Below are positions 51,498 to 64,000 of a DNA stretch of 64,000 nucleotides, piece by piece. Origin of the DNA: Obrimoposthia wandeli (Eukaryota); the NCBI GenBank assembly GCA_977020255.1, contig CDROCS010001548.1, forward strand, positions 372,001 through 436,000, in the 5' to 3' direction. The notes under the pieces were generated by a model. It saw nothing but the letters and a program-made list of their open reading frames with translations. It ran no database searches and had not been told where the DNA came from. Position numbers and translations under genes: made by a program. Numbering within the stretch: position 1 is the first letter of the stretch; every line of letters starts with the position of its first letter.

Positions 51498-52721
51498 CCC
51501 GAGAATCGTGCATATACGTAAACATAAACTTACATCTAATATATTCCTGGACTAAAAGAAAAATATTCCGTTTTCAAAAAGAAGAAAAATCGTTTTTAAG
51601 TTTTGATAAAAAAATGAATTTCTGGACAAAAAACATTAGAATGAATTTCATTCAAATTACAAAAATGGTCATGTGATTTTTTTTTAATTAAAAAACAATT
51701 TTTTGGTTAATATAAAAAGTCAAATGAGAAAAATTATTAAAATATATCATAATAAAAAATGTTGATAAATCGAGAAATAAAACGATACAAAAAACGTAGA
51801 AAGACGAATTCAATTGTTTATTGAAAACCACAAGTTTTACAAATTGAAAAGTCATATCTATGTTCTTTGCAAATGAATCTGCGACATTTTCTGCAACGTG
51901 TTTCAATTTCATTTAGCCTAACTCGTTTTCTGCGGGTTACTTGTGCATTTACACAATATTGGCATTTTGATTTTGTGATGCGTTTGGGAAGAATAACCTA
52001 TAATGAAGAGTTCACCAGAAAAAAATAAAAAATTATCTTTCTTTATGTTCACGGCAAGCTGCCGATGGAACGTACACAAATACGTTGTGTACGTAATGAT
52101 TCTTTATATCTGAAACTATGTAAATTTTGATTCCATACTTTCCAGGTTTATTTTTATTGTAAATCTTCATGTTGCATTTACCATGATAAATGCTAAGCAT
52201 TTCATCTAAGGTAAGTTGAGATCCTAAGTAATATAGGTTGAAAAAAATTTATGATATACTAAATTTTACCTGGAATCATATTGCTACGACAATTGTTCAT
52301 GAAATTTATCCAGAACTTCGAAATATGAACCGTTTTTTTTTAATATTGTAATTTATTTCGTATATATGAATATTATAATAACAATAATAGAAATTTAAAG
52401 AGTGCTCAATATTTACAAAACGTAATATACCTAAATTTGAAAATATTTTCATATGACTTTTAACTAACAGTTTTTGAAATACCTAACCTTTTTTAGAGAT
52501 CAAACATGACCTTGCTAAAAATAGCGTCTTTAATGAACTTTTTCGTGCGAAATTTTGAAAATAAATTCAACTTAATATATCTTAGGAATTACTCAACTAC
52601 AGAAAGGGGGAGTTCGGATGCCCGCTTCCATTTTTGAGACCTTCCTATTTATGAAAAAATTGACTCAAAATTCGGCCGTTTTCTTATGATATTTCACCCG
52701 TCTTGTTTTGGTATTCTCGGG
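51498..52721 (-). mobile_element. piggyBac internal-deletion derivative
   Basis: TTAA TSDs at both ends, CCCGAGAAT TIRs; minus strand YYLGSQLTLDEM...NKPGKYGIKIY (cf. TVDEQ...KPAKYGIK) and a C-terminal Cys-rich CQYC...CRKCRRFICKEH. Confidence 0.88.
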
Positions 52722-53442
52722 TTAACAAATCATATATTATTAAAACAAAGCTTTTAAATAAAATTATAATAAGTTATTTTGAATGAATAAAATAAAATGT
52801 ATAATATTGAAATAAAATTGATATCATTTTACAAAACAACAAAAAATTATTGAAAATTATGTCGACTGCTATATGTAGAATATTGTGAAAATGGGAAAAC
52901 TTTATAGAAATTCACAATAAAGTTCTTTACATAATTTTCCATCCTTTTATAAACATACCTTCTCAAATTATCCTAAAAAGTTGATGTCAAATTTTGTAAA
53001 AAACTGAAATTCATTCTGTTGTTATTTAGTCATGGCAACTCAAATTGTATTTGCAACCATTTTCTCTCTCTTTACTAGACAAATAATCCGAATTCTCTTC
53101 TATCGAATAACATCAACTTGTTACACCATGGTTACAGAGACAGAAATGCTGTTGCTGCATTCTCATCGAATACTTATTCGAAATCAAATAAATAATTGGT
53201 TGTTTTGGCAACTCACACAAATTCTTATTTAAGCGAAATAATTTTCCAATTTTCATTTCGAAATGAAGCATTTGGTGTTTGTTTTAATTGTCCTACATTT
53301 TTTCTTTATTTTCAATGCTGTTGGTAAGATTATATTTTGTTCATCTTTAAGTTATAGTGTTTTATTATATTATATATACAACCATAATGTTTTAAAAGTA
53401 ATCTTGAGAACACAGTATTTATACAGTTAATTAAACATTTCG

Positions 53443-53910
53443 AGAAATGTCTCTTTCATGTACAAAAATAGTTCTAAACCAACAAATTGATTTTTCAGCG
53501 TTTAACTTTATTATAATCAGAAGTAATCAGCTGTTTGAATTAAATTCATTAACTCATGTTTTTTGCAAATGATTTTTAAAGTTGTTTTATTTTGTATTTT
53601 AGATGTTTCAAGCAAGAATTTATGTAATCGTTTTTCTCATAGTTGTCACATCTGAATTAAATTTAATTAATATAATACTTATTCATTTAAAACACAAAGT
53701 ATCAATGACATATCAGTTATTATTCTCCATTATTTGTAATATATTTATTTACTCATAAACTTCAAAAGTCATTATAGATCTTCCTTTAAATGGTTTTGTA
53801 TCACGAAAAATATTAAACATATTATGTAATTGTGAGCATTAAAAATTTTCTAATCCATCTAATGAGAATTGGCATTCATCTGAAACATTATATTACCGAA
53901 AGTAATCTTA
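53443..53910 (-). repeat. Copy 2 of the dispersed cryptic coding repeat
   Basis: Inverted homolog of 32228-32553 with an internal insertion. Confidence 0.7.
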
Positions 53911-54869
53911 TTCTGGAATCATTCCTTGATTTTAATTGCCTGTAGTGATTTTGAATTTTCAGACAATAATTAAGTTTGCAATTTTACCGATATTTTTGAA
54001 ATTGGATCGGAATCGGTTAAATTTATTAAAGTCAATATATAAAACTACAAACAAATCAAATTTGATTATTATAAATTGATTCATTTTTAGGACAAAACGA
54101 AGATATATGTAATAATAATAATTTTGTTTTATTTTTCTCATAGAAAATCTTTATAGATATTAAATTGATATGCCATTGACGTTTATGCATTCGAGATTGT
54201 TAGAAAGTAAACTTTCATTTTTTATACAAAGAATTTCTTCATTTTTTAAATTCTTTGATAACATAAAATTAATTTAAAAACTGAGAAATGAAATAGCTAA
54301 AAATAAATTTATTTAAAATTTTAACAAAATGAAAAGTTACATGAAATTAAATATATTCTAATTTAGATTCGAACTCAAAAGCAGGAGCAGGTTTGTTTAA
54401 TAAAAATGATTATAATTTTATTTTTAGAAAATACAATTGCTGTAACTGAGTCTTCTTCACCTAGTGAGGATATTTTATTACTTAATTTAAATTATAATAT
54501 TGGAAATGATTATTTATTTAACATATATAAAAATATCTAAACATAACTAAAATAAAATAATTTACAGTATTTGTTCGAAATGGCCACCCAAACATTCACA
54601 AGGCACTTGGTATCGTTGAATACTTGATGGTGAGGTTGAAAGGAGGAATGATGAAGGAAAACAACAAGAACGCGGATAGGGAGAAAATTACGAGGTTGGC
54701 TATACTATTAGCTGAGGATGAATGGACGGAAGCACGTAATCCGGCAGAGGATAAAGATAAAAAAGAGGCAATACGAGGATTCAGTGAACAGAAAAACAAG
54801 GAATTAGAGCAGGCGGTGAAAAACAAAGAACAACTCTAGATAAAGAAAATAAAGAGTGATTGTTTGAGG

Positions 54870-55130
54870 GACCAGTAAATAAAAATATACTTCTTTATTG
54901 ATTATAACATTTAAACTTTCAAATCATAAATCTTTTATCTCCAACCTCTTTAAATCACCAAGATTACTTTTTAACTTTTTTAAACAATTCTACTTTTATT
55001 TTAACATTAACCTTTTATAAACCTTCATCGCTACTTTCATTACCCACCTTTCACCGTCATTTCAGTGCCCACTATTTAACTTATTTTACTAATTTAGAAT
55101 ATTTTAGTATTTAATTCTATTCTATCAATA
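54870..55130 (-). repeat. Dispersed repeat shared with ~6440-6730
   Basis: TTAAATAGTGGGCA.TGAAATGAC...GAAAGTAGCGA.GA.GGT.TTTATAAAAG present in both places, inverted. Confidence 0.65.
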
Positions 55131-55499
55131 ATAATTAATTCTTCAACATTGATATTGCAAAAGCTGAAAGAGAATTTAAAACTAGAACCACGAAAGAGTG
55201 AAACAATAGATATCTTCGGATATTATAAAGAATACAAAAGTTGGCCAACAATATTTGGAACAGGCATTGATCAAACAAATGCGCCAAAACAAGAGAATAT
55301 GTTGCAACTTATGGAGTAAATTAAATATGAACTATATAGATTAATTCAGAACCTTGAGAACACAGATAGAAGCTACGATGTAACCTTAAAGTCGAAATTA
55401 TCTTCGAAATAATCATGATGTAACCCAGTGTAAGGTGGATAAATTGTGTAGAATGACTGCACCGGCAAACACCACTGGATACTGCATGTTAATGTAGAG

Positions 55500-57760
55500 C
55501 AAAATAATCAGACGCGCCCCAAAATTTCTTTTTAAAAAAGTGATCAATAAAGAAAGTTTAAAATGTTTTATAGTGATGACTCAATCCCTGTAATATAGCA
55601 CGAAAATCACCACATAATTCAACTTGCCTTCGTATGTTAACAATAATTTCTTAACCTTTGAATTAAGTGGACATTGATGAATAGGCGCTACTGGAAGATC
55701 ATCTAATTTATCATGCACATTGGGAGGGATTTTTAAGTCAACCTCACCCAAATAGCCGACGTCTGATGAAACAGTAGCCAAATCTGTCATCAACTTATTC
55801 AACTCTTCTTAAACCTACTTAAAGCTGGCAATTGGTAGTATTTGAGTAAGTACCCTTCATACAAATTATTAATATCAATTTACAGAATCTCCGTAGATTG
55901 ATTTTGTCAATATAATGTTTTTGACAAAAGTCATTCCACCGCGTATACCATAATCATACATTTGATACATCAAGGGATTTTGCAGTAACATGATATTAAT
56001 ATTAAGAATTTTTATTGCCGTTGCCCATGAAAAACCAGACAAACTAAAGAAATGTATAGGATCTAGCCCATCTCCCGCTAAGGATTTTACATGAAAGGTC
56101 TCAAACACATCAACTAAAAGATAAATGTCTAACTTCATATAATAAAGCATATAATCTAAAGGATTTCAACACTTATTCCCCTAAAATAGACGGGCCTCAT
56201 TTTAATTTTGAACTCTTGCAGCCTCAAATTCAGATATGGGTGGGATTTCTGTTGTATTTTGTAAATCTGCGAAAAATCCCCTTATCATTAACCGAAGCGG
56301 AGAACACTGTGTAAGTGGCCAGGCATTTAAAGATGCCGTTAAATTTTTTAAAGACCCGCTCAAAAACTGCAGATAATCTATAAATCTTAAACTGCACAAT
56401 TCAGTATATGCAGTTAAAGATAAATATTTCTCTGAAGTTTGAAGTATACATGAAATTTCCCAAGAGCTTAATGTACCCAACGCGTATTTAAGTATATGAT
56501 GCAAATCATATCCTTTGAGGTTATGAAACACGATGGAAATGCGTGGTTTTTTAGGGAGTTTACGGCCAAGGTTACAAAGGTTGAACGCCGCTCCTAAGTA
56601 TCGCCCCAAACATGATAGTGATCTCTGACTAACTTAGACTAGGTACCACACAAATAACAGGATTTTACAAGAAGTAAAATTAACCCAGTATATGCCTGTC
56701 ATGATCATTGCTTGATGAGCATTAAGATCATACCACGATTTGACAATTGTGTTTCCTAATTCTTCTAATTTTAACATAAAATTTAAAATATAATTTGAAC
56801 TGGAAAATTCATGATACTGAGTTATATTTTGCACAATCCCTGAGTTTTAAATCTTTTTCCTTAGGCATGCATTATAGCGTATTGTTATCAGGATTCAGTG
56901 AACATAATGTCAAATGTTAGCTGTAAGATAGCTCGGATCTGAATCTATTAAAACATCTATGACACCACTTACACCTTATCCTAACCAGTAAGGCTCCATT
57001 ATCTAAATTTAGACGACGATCTAAATTGGGAATTGCAGCATAGTGGAATGTTTTTTTATATTCTAGCAGAAAACAGTTGACTGAAGTAATCTCATTTTTG
57101 CTTCTATGAATAACATCTACAAAAGGATTAAAAAAAAAACTTCATATATTACATTAACTGCGATATCAGTATTATATTTGAATACATTAATACTCAAGTT
57201 ATTAAGGTGTTCAAATATGTATATCGCAGTTAATTTAACAGGAAAATTTATTCCTTGATACTGCAATTCATTTAAACAGGGATATATTTACTTACACGCT
57301 CTCTGTGCTCATTAATTACATTCCCTTTGAGGATGGCTAACACGCTATACAGAAAGCAAAGGTTATCATTGTTTTATACGTTAACAATGGAACGTGAAAA
57401 TTGAAGAGATCTAGGTGAAGGAATGTATGAACTCTCCAAAAGATATATCATGTCAGTGAACTTTGTTAAAACAAATCTAACATCATGAATTCTAACTAGA
57501 GTCCATCATACTTAACTCGCTATAATTAGCAATTTTTTCATCTAAATTTCTTCCAATCTCAGTTACAATATTATCAGAGAAAACAGTTGCTTTATGTGAA
57601 ATTACCCAAGTTTTAGATTCCTCATTGACATTTTTAAACTGTACTGTTGCACAAAATTGAACCTTAGCCTGTCCTAATTTAGTCACTTCTGATTTTAAAA
57701 TAATTTCAATATTTGCATCTACACCTACGTTTAATTAATTTTATTTCCCATGGGTACCTT
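55500..57760 (-). mobile_element. Maverick/Polinton protein-primed family-B DNA polymerase relic (copy 1, with deletions)
   Basis: GRYLGAAFNLCNL, FHNLKGYDLHHI, LRFIDYLQFLSGSLKNL, DIYLLVDVFETF, GIRGG, EVDLKIP...HDKLDDLPVAP, KKLL; frameshifted. Confidence 0.9.
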
Positions 57761-58149
57761 AACTATAGCGTATTTAATATTTAGGTGATACTCTATAGTA
57801 GCACCGTTTTCTTTACGTTTCTTTTGTTGGGCCTTGTTAAGAATTTGGCCTTGTTTTTGCAAAAAAAAGTACCAATGTATGACTTTTTTGAATCTATACC
57901 AAATATCAGATTGTAATAGGTCCTTTCATGACATAGATGTGGAAAATGAATTTTATTGTAGAATATCACCTTAGCAATGATGTAATTGATAACCGTTTAG
58001 ATACATGTCACGTTTTTTAATAGTGATTATTCTGAGAATGGAATAAAATCGGATTTTGAAAATAAGTTTGAAACATGTTATAAACATTTTTTTAACTTAT
58101 GCCTTTTTATAGGATTTAACTTTTTTAAATTAAAACCTAAAAACATTCG

Positions 58150-58330
58150 TAAATTACCTTTCATGTCTATTAACAGATTTAACATATATTGCATGTTTAG
58201 AAAAAATAGTTTATGTAGCATTTTTACCATGTGGATGCTGCAACAAATGTTCAAAAAACTTTTTATGAGTGTTTTTTTAATGTCAAGTCAAGTATATTAG
58301 ATGCCATGTGTCAAACAACTGAAATGTAAA
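58150..58330 (+). pseudogene. Degenerate IAP-type RING-HC-like fragment
   Basis: ACLEKIVYVAFLPCG-CCNKCS resembles C..C.E....FLPCGH..CC..C. Confidence 0.4.
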
Positions 58331-58469
58331 TTTTGCAAAATTTCTTATCGTAAATATTTTAAAGTATTGCCAGAATGCAATCATGACAAAATATCAAAAT
58401 CAAAGAAAAAGTCATTTAAAATGTTAAAGACACCCACAATGAAATATAGTATATAAATAAAAAAGGTAG

Positions 58470-58790
58470 AACAAGAAACCCTACTAATGCATTTGTTGCT
58501 TTTTAAACCACGACAAATAGCATAAATAAACTCTAAACCTCTTGACCCCATCTAATAAAGCTCTTTTAAAACACTTTCACATAGATCTCGTATTCTGAAA
58601 TCTTTCCGCTTTTTGTAATTGATAGATTGGTTGAAATACTGTTTAATATCACTCAAGGTAACATTAATATCGGCAAAAACAAGTCAAAACTTGAAAAACG
58701 TCGCAAGGTTTTACTTGATATTGCAAATCTAAAAAATCCACGTGGAAAACACAAAAAGTTACTTAGACAAAACGGTGATTAAATTGGTAC
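58470..58790 (+). pseudogene. Conserved small basic Polinton-associated ORF relic
   Basis: WLVEILFNITQGNINI...KLEKRRKVLLDIA...KKLLRQNG resembles the recurring Polinton ORF (ECxxNILKGNV...LLxQxGG) from memory. Confidence 0.5.
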
Positions 58791-58859
58791 AATCATATCG
58801 TTAGTTAGGACATTGTTTGGTTATCTACTTGCGAGAACCAATTCTGCATAAACTATTTA

Positions 58860-59006
58860 AACTAAAGAAATGCATAGGATCTAGCCCATCTCCCGCTAAA
58901 GATTCTACATGAAAGGACTCAAATACATCAGCTAAAAGATAAATGTCTAACTTCATATAATAAAGCATATAATCTAAAGGATTTCAACAATTATTCCCCT
59001 AAAATT
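58860..59006 (-). repeat. Duplicated polB fragment (near-identical to ~56043-56186)
   Basis: ACTAAAGAAATG.ATAGGATCTAGCCCATCTCCCGCTAA...TTCCCCTAAAAT in both. Confidence 0.85.
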
Positions 59007-59039
59007 ATGTGTAACAAATGTCCAAGCATAGATTTTAAA

Positions 59040-59500
59040 ATTAAATATTGTAATGGAAACAAAATTGTATGATCCTTAAGACCCAGCTAGTTACACCGCT
59101 TATGAACGTTTATCATCAAATGTCAATGAGAGCCGTCAGAAAACACAGAAATGGTCAAGCAATCAGCTAGCATACAGCTTAAACAACCCATTGGAACGGC
59201 GATTTCCATCGGGAGTATATACTACTAGTCGTCTTAATGTATTATTGGTAACTTTTGCTAGTTATTAATGATGGTTACAAGTATATGTTAACATGTATTG
59301 ATATTTTATCACGTTTTAGCGAAATATGCACGGAAAATATAAAAGATATTGAAGATTTAATCCATATAAAACTTGATGACATTATACCTGAATATATGAA
59401 CACAGATTGGAGAGAAGAGTTTTAAAACGGGAGTATAAGGTCATTAATGGAAAATTTTGACATAACACATTACTCTGTTGTTTCTCAATACAAAACTACA
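59040..59500 (+). mobile_element. Second Polinton integrase relic (N-terminal/catalytic part); related C-terminal chromodomain pieces at ~60700-60790 and ~61240-61380
   Basis: LYDP*DPASY, KWSSNQLAYSLNNPLERRFP, YKYMLTCIDILSRF; TFYEQDLQV near 61240. Confidence 0.8.
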
Positions 59501-61443
59501 GTGTATTAACAGTTCAATATGACATGAAGAGACAAGTCAATGTTTTCAAATTGTATGAGATAGGTCGCTGATTTTATACCCAATGCGAAGATGACAGCAA
59601 ATGAAGTCTAACTTTCATTATAGATCAGCCTTTATACGGTCTTGCATTACGAAAAATATTACATTTATGTCATAATACTACCAGCTTTGAAAATTGTCTG
59701 ATCTATTTTACTAGAACTGGCATTCATCTGAATAAATAATATTACCGAACATATCAGTTTTTTCAATGATAAAGTCACTGTTCGGCCTCATTTTTGAAGA
59801 TTTTTAACGGCTTTTACGGCCTTTCAACGAATCGTCTATTGAGAATTTACAACATCATAAAAAATTTTCAAATCGAATTTTAATCTTATAGACAAAAATG
59901 TGACAAACATTGAATCTTTTTGAAATTTGAGATGTGGTAATTTTAAGCTTCAGTTTTTCTAAAATTAAAATACAAATTTATCTGGTTGTAGTTTTTTCAT
60001 GCTACCCCGTATTTAATTTACTTATCAGAATTTTATAAATAATTAAATAACAAACATACTTTATAAGTCATAACTTAAGAATTATAAAGTTATTTTGTTT
60101 AGAAATAAATGTAATTATTTTAGTCAATAATCAAATATTTCATATTAATAATTGAAGTAATAGTCATCTTAATCTCAAAGAATTAATAAACAAGCCTTCA
60201 TCATTAAAGATCTTATATTTTATGAGAATATAAAGAAAATCTAAAATGTAAAATAATTATATCTTGAACTATATTTATTGAAATTTCAACTTGCTGTAGT
60301 TTTTTAAATTAAAGTGTATTTAATGAACATATTCTTAAATTTTCTACTCTACTAACAGTAACGATTTAAAAATAGATTTCAAAGAAACAAAAACGAAATA
60401 AAATAAATTTAAATGAGTAACAGCAATTTGAATGTAATAATCAAAAACCAGTCAAATACACTTCCTACACCATCTCCCCTGGGTGATAATTGTCTTTTAA
60501 AACCGTACCTGGAGTAAAATTTCGTGCATCTGTTTATGAATTTCACCTCTACCACCTAAGAATCAACCTAAATACTCAATAAATAATGTGGTTATAGAAG
60601 ACCACATGAATTGAGGTAGATCTATTGATCTTGTCTGAATCAAAAAAGAACAAAAATATAAGTAAATTTTACTAACAATAATTACAAGTAAAATAAAATA
60701 AACCTTTTTTAATATCTAGGGGTACTGGTAAACATAAACAATATTTTGTTAAATTGCATGGTTATTCAGATCCTACTTGGATATCACCATCAAATGTAAT
60801 ATGAAAACTTTGTATATGGTTTAACGTAGTAACGGATGTTTAAAGACTCAGATGTTAGTAGCTTCATTATTGATTGTGAAAATCCTATATATATACGAGT
60901 AGAATGGAAAGGAACCTCTAAGAGAATTTTCATTTTATTAATATCCAATTAATTTCAACTGAAACTCTAATATATTCCTTTACAAAAGAAAATAATTTTG
61001 ATGAATCAAAAACATTTGTGATCGGGTTTGATAGTAAAGGGAAATTATATTTAAAATGTTAAGATAAAAATGTGAAAGTATTATTTGAAAATAAAAAAGT
61101 AGTACTTAAAGATCGTTTAGAATTTATTCAGTTGAGATTTGAATCTATAAAAGAAGCTGTTCAATTCAATTTTGTTAGCGATCATCAAGTAGCTCATAAA
61201 TAACGAGATACTGTATCATGTATCATTCATCGTACATTTTATGAACAAGATCTACAAGTAATATAAAAAAGCTAACATATTTCCTATTAAAATTATTAAA
61301 ATCTAAAGGTACTGGTAAACATAAACCATAATGTGTTAAATGAGATGATTATTCAGATCATACGTGGTTATCACATCAAATATTTTTGAGAGTAAACTTT
61401 CATAAAAAAATAAAATAAAAATAATAAAAAAATAGCCACTTAA

Positions 61444-62345
61444 CCCGGCCCCGCTTGTGCGCACACAATGTTAAAGAATGTCACACCATAAGGGTATATG
61501 TTGCCTCACCATAGGGATGTCACACGATAAGGGTATATGTTGACTCACCATAAGGGTGTCACACCATAAGAGTGCCACACCATAAGGGGGCCACACCATA
61601 AGAGTCTGGCTCAGAAAGTTTATGATAGGGGGGAGGGCGAAGGGTTAAATGGCTTAGTCTCCATCCTTCTTATGGCCAACCAACATAACCAAGGGTTGTG
61701 GTCGTCCATAATTCAAAGGGTCAGACAGAGTTTTGACTTGAAGGTTTTAAGATATGGTCATGACCGTTTATGGTTGGCCATCACATCTAAAGGGTTGTGG
61801 TCGTCCATAATTCAAAGGGTCGAGGTCAGTTTTGCCTTGAAGCTTTGAAGGTATAATTGAGGTCAACTATGGTTGGCCATCACATCTAAAGGGTCATGAA
61901 CGTCCATAAATCAAAGGGTCGGGCTTAAAACAAAATCTAGTTTTAAATATCAAGGTTTTAGTATATGGTTGGAATCATTTTTAGAAGACGAATTCATCCA
62001 TAAAGATATGGTCGTCCATAGATGAAGGGTTAAATAAAAGTTAAGATTTCATAAATTTAAGTACATGGTTGTATTTGTCAACATATTACGAGTTTAATCA
62101 TGTAAAAATTTAATGATCGTTCACAAGGTAAGGGTTAGATTTTTGCATAAGTTAAGGAATAACATAGTAATTAATCAATTATTCTATGTGAAAGTTAAAG
62201 TTCACTCTTATCAGTTATAGAATGTGTTACTTAATAACACACACACTATTATATGTGAAAATTTAGGCTAAAGTTCACTCTTATCAGTTAAGGAATGTAT
62301 TACGTTATAATATACACACTATTTTATGTGAAAATTTAGACCAAA
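61444..62345. repeat. Repeat-rich block resembling a mobile-element terminus (CACACCATAAG short repeats, ~100-bp direct repeats, ~75-bp tandem pair)
   Basis: About 7 CACCATAAG-type units at 61490-61605; three ..AAGGGT..TG..CGTCCATAA.TCAAAGGGTC units at 61690-61920; AAAGTTCACTCTTATCAGTTA twice at 62195-62295. Confidence 0.7.
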
Positions 62346-62474
62346 GTGTTTTTTCCCAGGCTTACACATCTAAAGATTTATGGTAAAATTTCTTTAAATA
62401 ACTTAAATTATATATAAAAAATCAAAATCAAATAAGAAAGAAGTCAGAGAATAATACAAAATGAAACACATTTA

Positions 62475-64000
62475 TTATGTAATTTCATAATGTCCATAAG
62501 CGCGGCTTCTATTTTTCTCAATCCAATAGCGTTTGTCCTCTGATGAGCTAAGAGCAGTTTTTTGTATAATGATTGTATATATCTGGTGATTTATTGTTCC
62601 AAACTTCTTTTGTGATATACTATATGCATTACCGTTTTCATAGACGTTTAAATATGTTTGATGTACAACCGTTGATCCCTTAAGATTTACTCCTTTTGCT
62701 TTATTATTTTCAAAGTCATCTTCAAACTTAACATTTACAAAGTAAGAAAATCCATTCTTTATACATTCTTCCTTCTGATTCATCTTTAAATAAACCTATT
62801 TTACTATTAAATTCATTAGAATATAATGGTTCATTCACATTATAATTTGACGTATCTAATGCTCCATCTGCAATCATTTGAGGCAACAACTGATTTCTTA
62901 AATTAACACCTTTGCATTCTAAAAAGAATGAATCAGTATCTCCGGCAACTATATTAATTGAACAATTAGATAGTGATCTATAATTTTGTAAATCATGATA
63001 CTGAAGATTATACATTCGTAATTTGCTAAGGTCTAGTACAGCTTGACCTATATAATTTGGTCGATCGAGACAAATAAAGTCTTTTCTTAATAAAACTGCT
63101 ATTAAATTATCATGAATTTCAATTGATCGTTGAAACATAGGTTTGCTAGTATATGTGATTAATTTTGTAGAACTAGTGCAGATGCGAAGATTCAACCGTT
63201 TCTTAACATTTTCAACGGTCTTTCCATACAAACTAACATTTTTAAGTTTATAAAAATCTTTGTCACATTTATTCGTTTCTTGTGATTTCATTTCAGAATT
63301 ATATTCTATGTATTCTGTGAATATCTTAGCCTGAGAGAATTTTACTGCTCGATGAATAATTGTTACCACTGCTCCTAAACTAACATACATCTGCAATAGT
63401 CTCCAATGAATAACGTAATGACTTTATGATGAATGTGTCTTTAAAAGATTTTCATTTTTTTTATCAGGTAGACATTTTTTTTCTGGAGCTATAAGAAGAT
63501 CGTCTAAAAAATCATGAAGGTTTTCTGGTATTACCAAGTCTACCTCCATAACTTAACCATATTCAATATGTTCCATGTCCACATTTTTTCATTTCATGCA
63601 ATATTTCGTTTAATTTTATATCATCAAGAATCCATTCAAAATCTCCTTTTGGTAAAGGTTGATCAAGAGCCCAACCATATAAATTATTAACATATATATA
63701 TTAAAGACTCGTTTCTTCATAAGCGACTACATGATGCTTATTGACAAATATCATTCCTCCACATATACCCGAAGAAATCATGTTGTACATTTCAGGATCC
63801 TGCATCAGTTCAACCTTATGTTTTAATATTTTTAGAGCACTTGCCCAACTCAACCCAGGAATACTAAAAATGTTAAGTGGTTCTAAATCATCTTCACTGA
63901 GAGCCTTTCTTCTGAATGTTTGAAACACGTCAGCTAATAAATATACGTCAGACTTTAAGTAAACTAACATATAATCCAAGATATTTCTACAATTGTTTAT
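62475..64000 (-). mobile_element. Maverick/Polinton protein-primed PolB relic (copy 2; runs off the window)
   Basis: DVYLLADVFQTFR, GICGG, VNNLYGWALDQPLP (motif A), KLKNVSLYGKTVEN (motif B), AGDTDSF (motif C), IGLFKDE, EDKRYW; frameshifted. Confidence 0.93.

Noticed and set aside
53030-53330. Possible TFIIB/zinc-ribbon partner for the TBP-like gene
   Set aside because: Only one CxxC-like motif in broken frames; unsupported.
32228-53910. Possible ~21-kb giant element bounded by inverted repeats at 32.2 kb and 53.4-53.9 kb
   Set aside because: The arms are diverged and look protein-coding, a third copy exists near 59.6 kb, and no TSD or terminal motif was found.
61444-61644. TTAA-CCC...GGG-TTAA mini piggyBac
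   Set aside because: Inverted match is limited to ~3 bp; reported only as part of a repeat block.

Overview
Very AT-rich eukaryotic genomic DNA with GT-AG introns (several only ~40 nt) and TTAGGG repeats; the composition suggests a planarian/flatworm-like animal (inference only). The left ~27 kb holds one reconstructable minus-strand host gene: a signal-peptide secreted glycoprotein built from three tandem copies of a 5-exon, ~202-aa cassette that includes a 24-nt microexon. Its introns and flanks are littered with TE relics (Tc1/mariner, hAT MITE, LINE pieces), an HSP60 pseudogene, an HMG-box fragment and a tRNA-like head. From ~28.7 kb to the end the window is a nest of Maverick/Polinton-type relics: two rve-chromodomain integrases, two protein-primed PolB copies and a conserved small ORF, plus Gypsy pol and piggyBac fragments. 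Three unusual features stand out. (1) A minus-strand accessory cassette encodes tandem catalytically dead dual-specificity-phosphatase domains, two type-I-membrane-like proteins and a RING-H2 protein. (2) A compact, intron-containing, intact TBP-fold gene. (3) An 8.57-kb element (42286-50852) has 1.2-1.4-kb TIRs, AGTAG termini and a perfect 6-bp TSD (TATGCA). It has no recognisable Polinton core genes but carries a second, diverged copy of the TM+RING module, a fold-back palindrome and an interstitial TTAGGG array. All family assignments come from motif recognition by eye; no database search was run.
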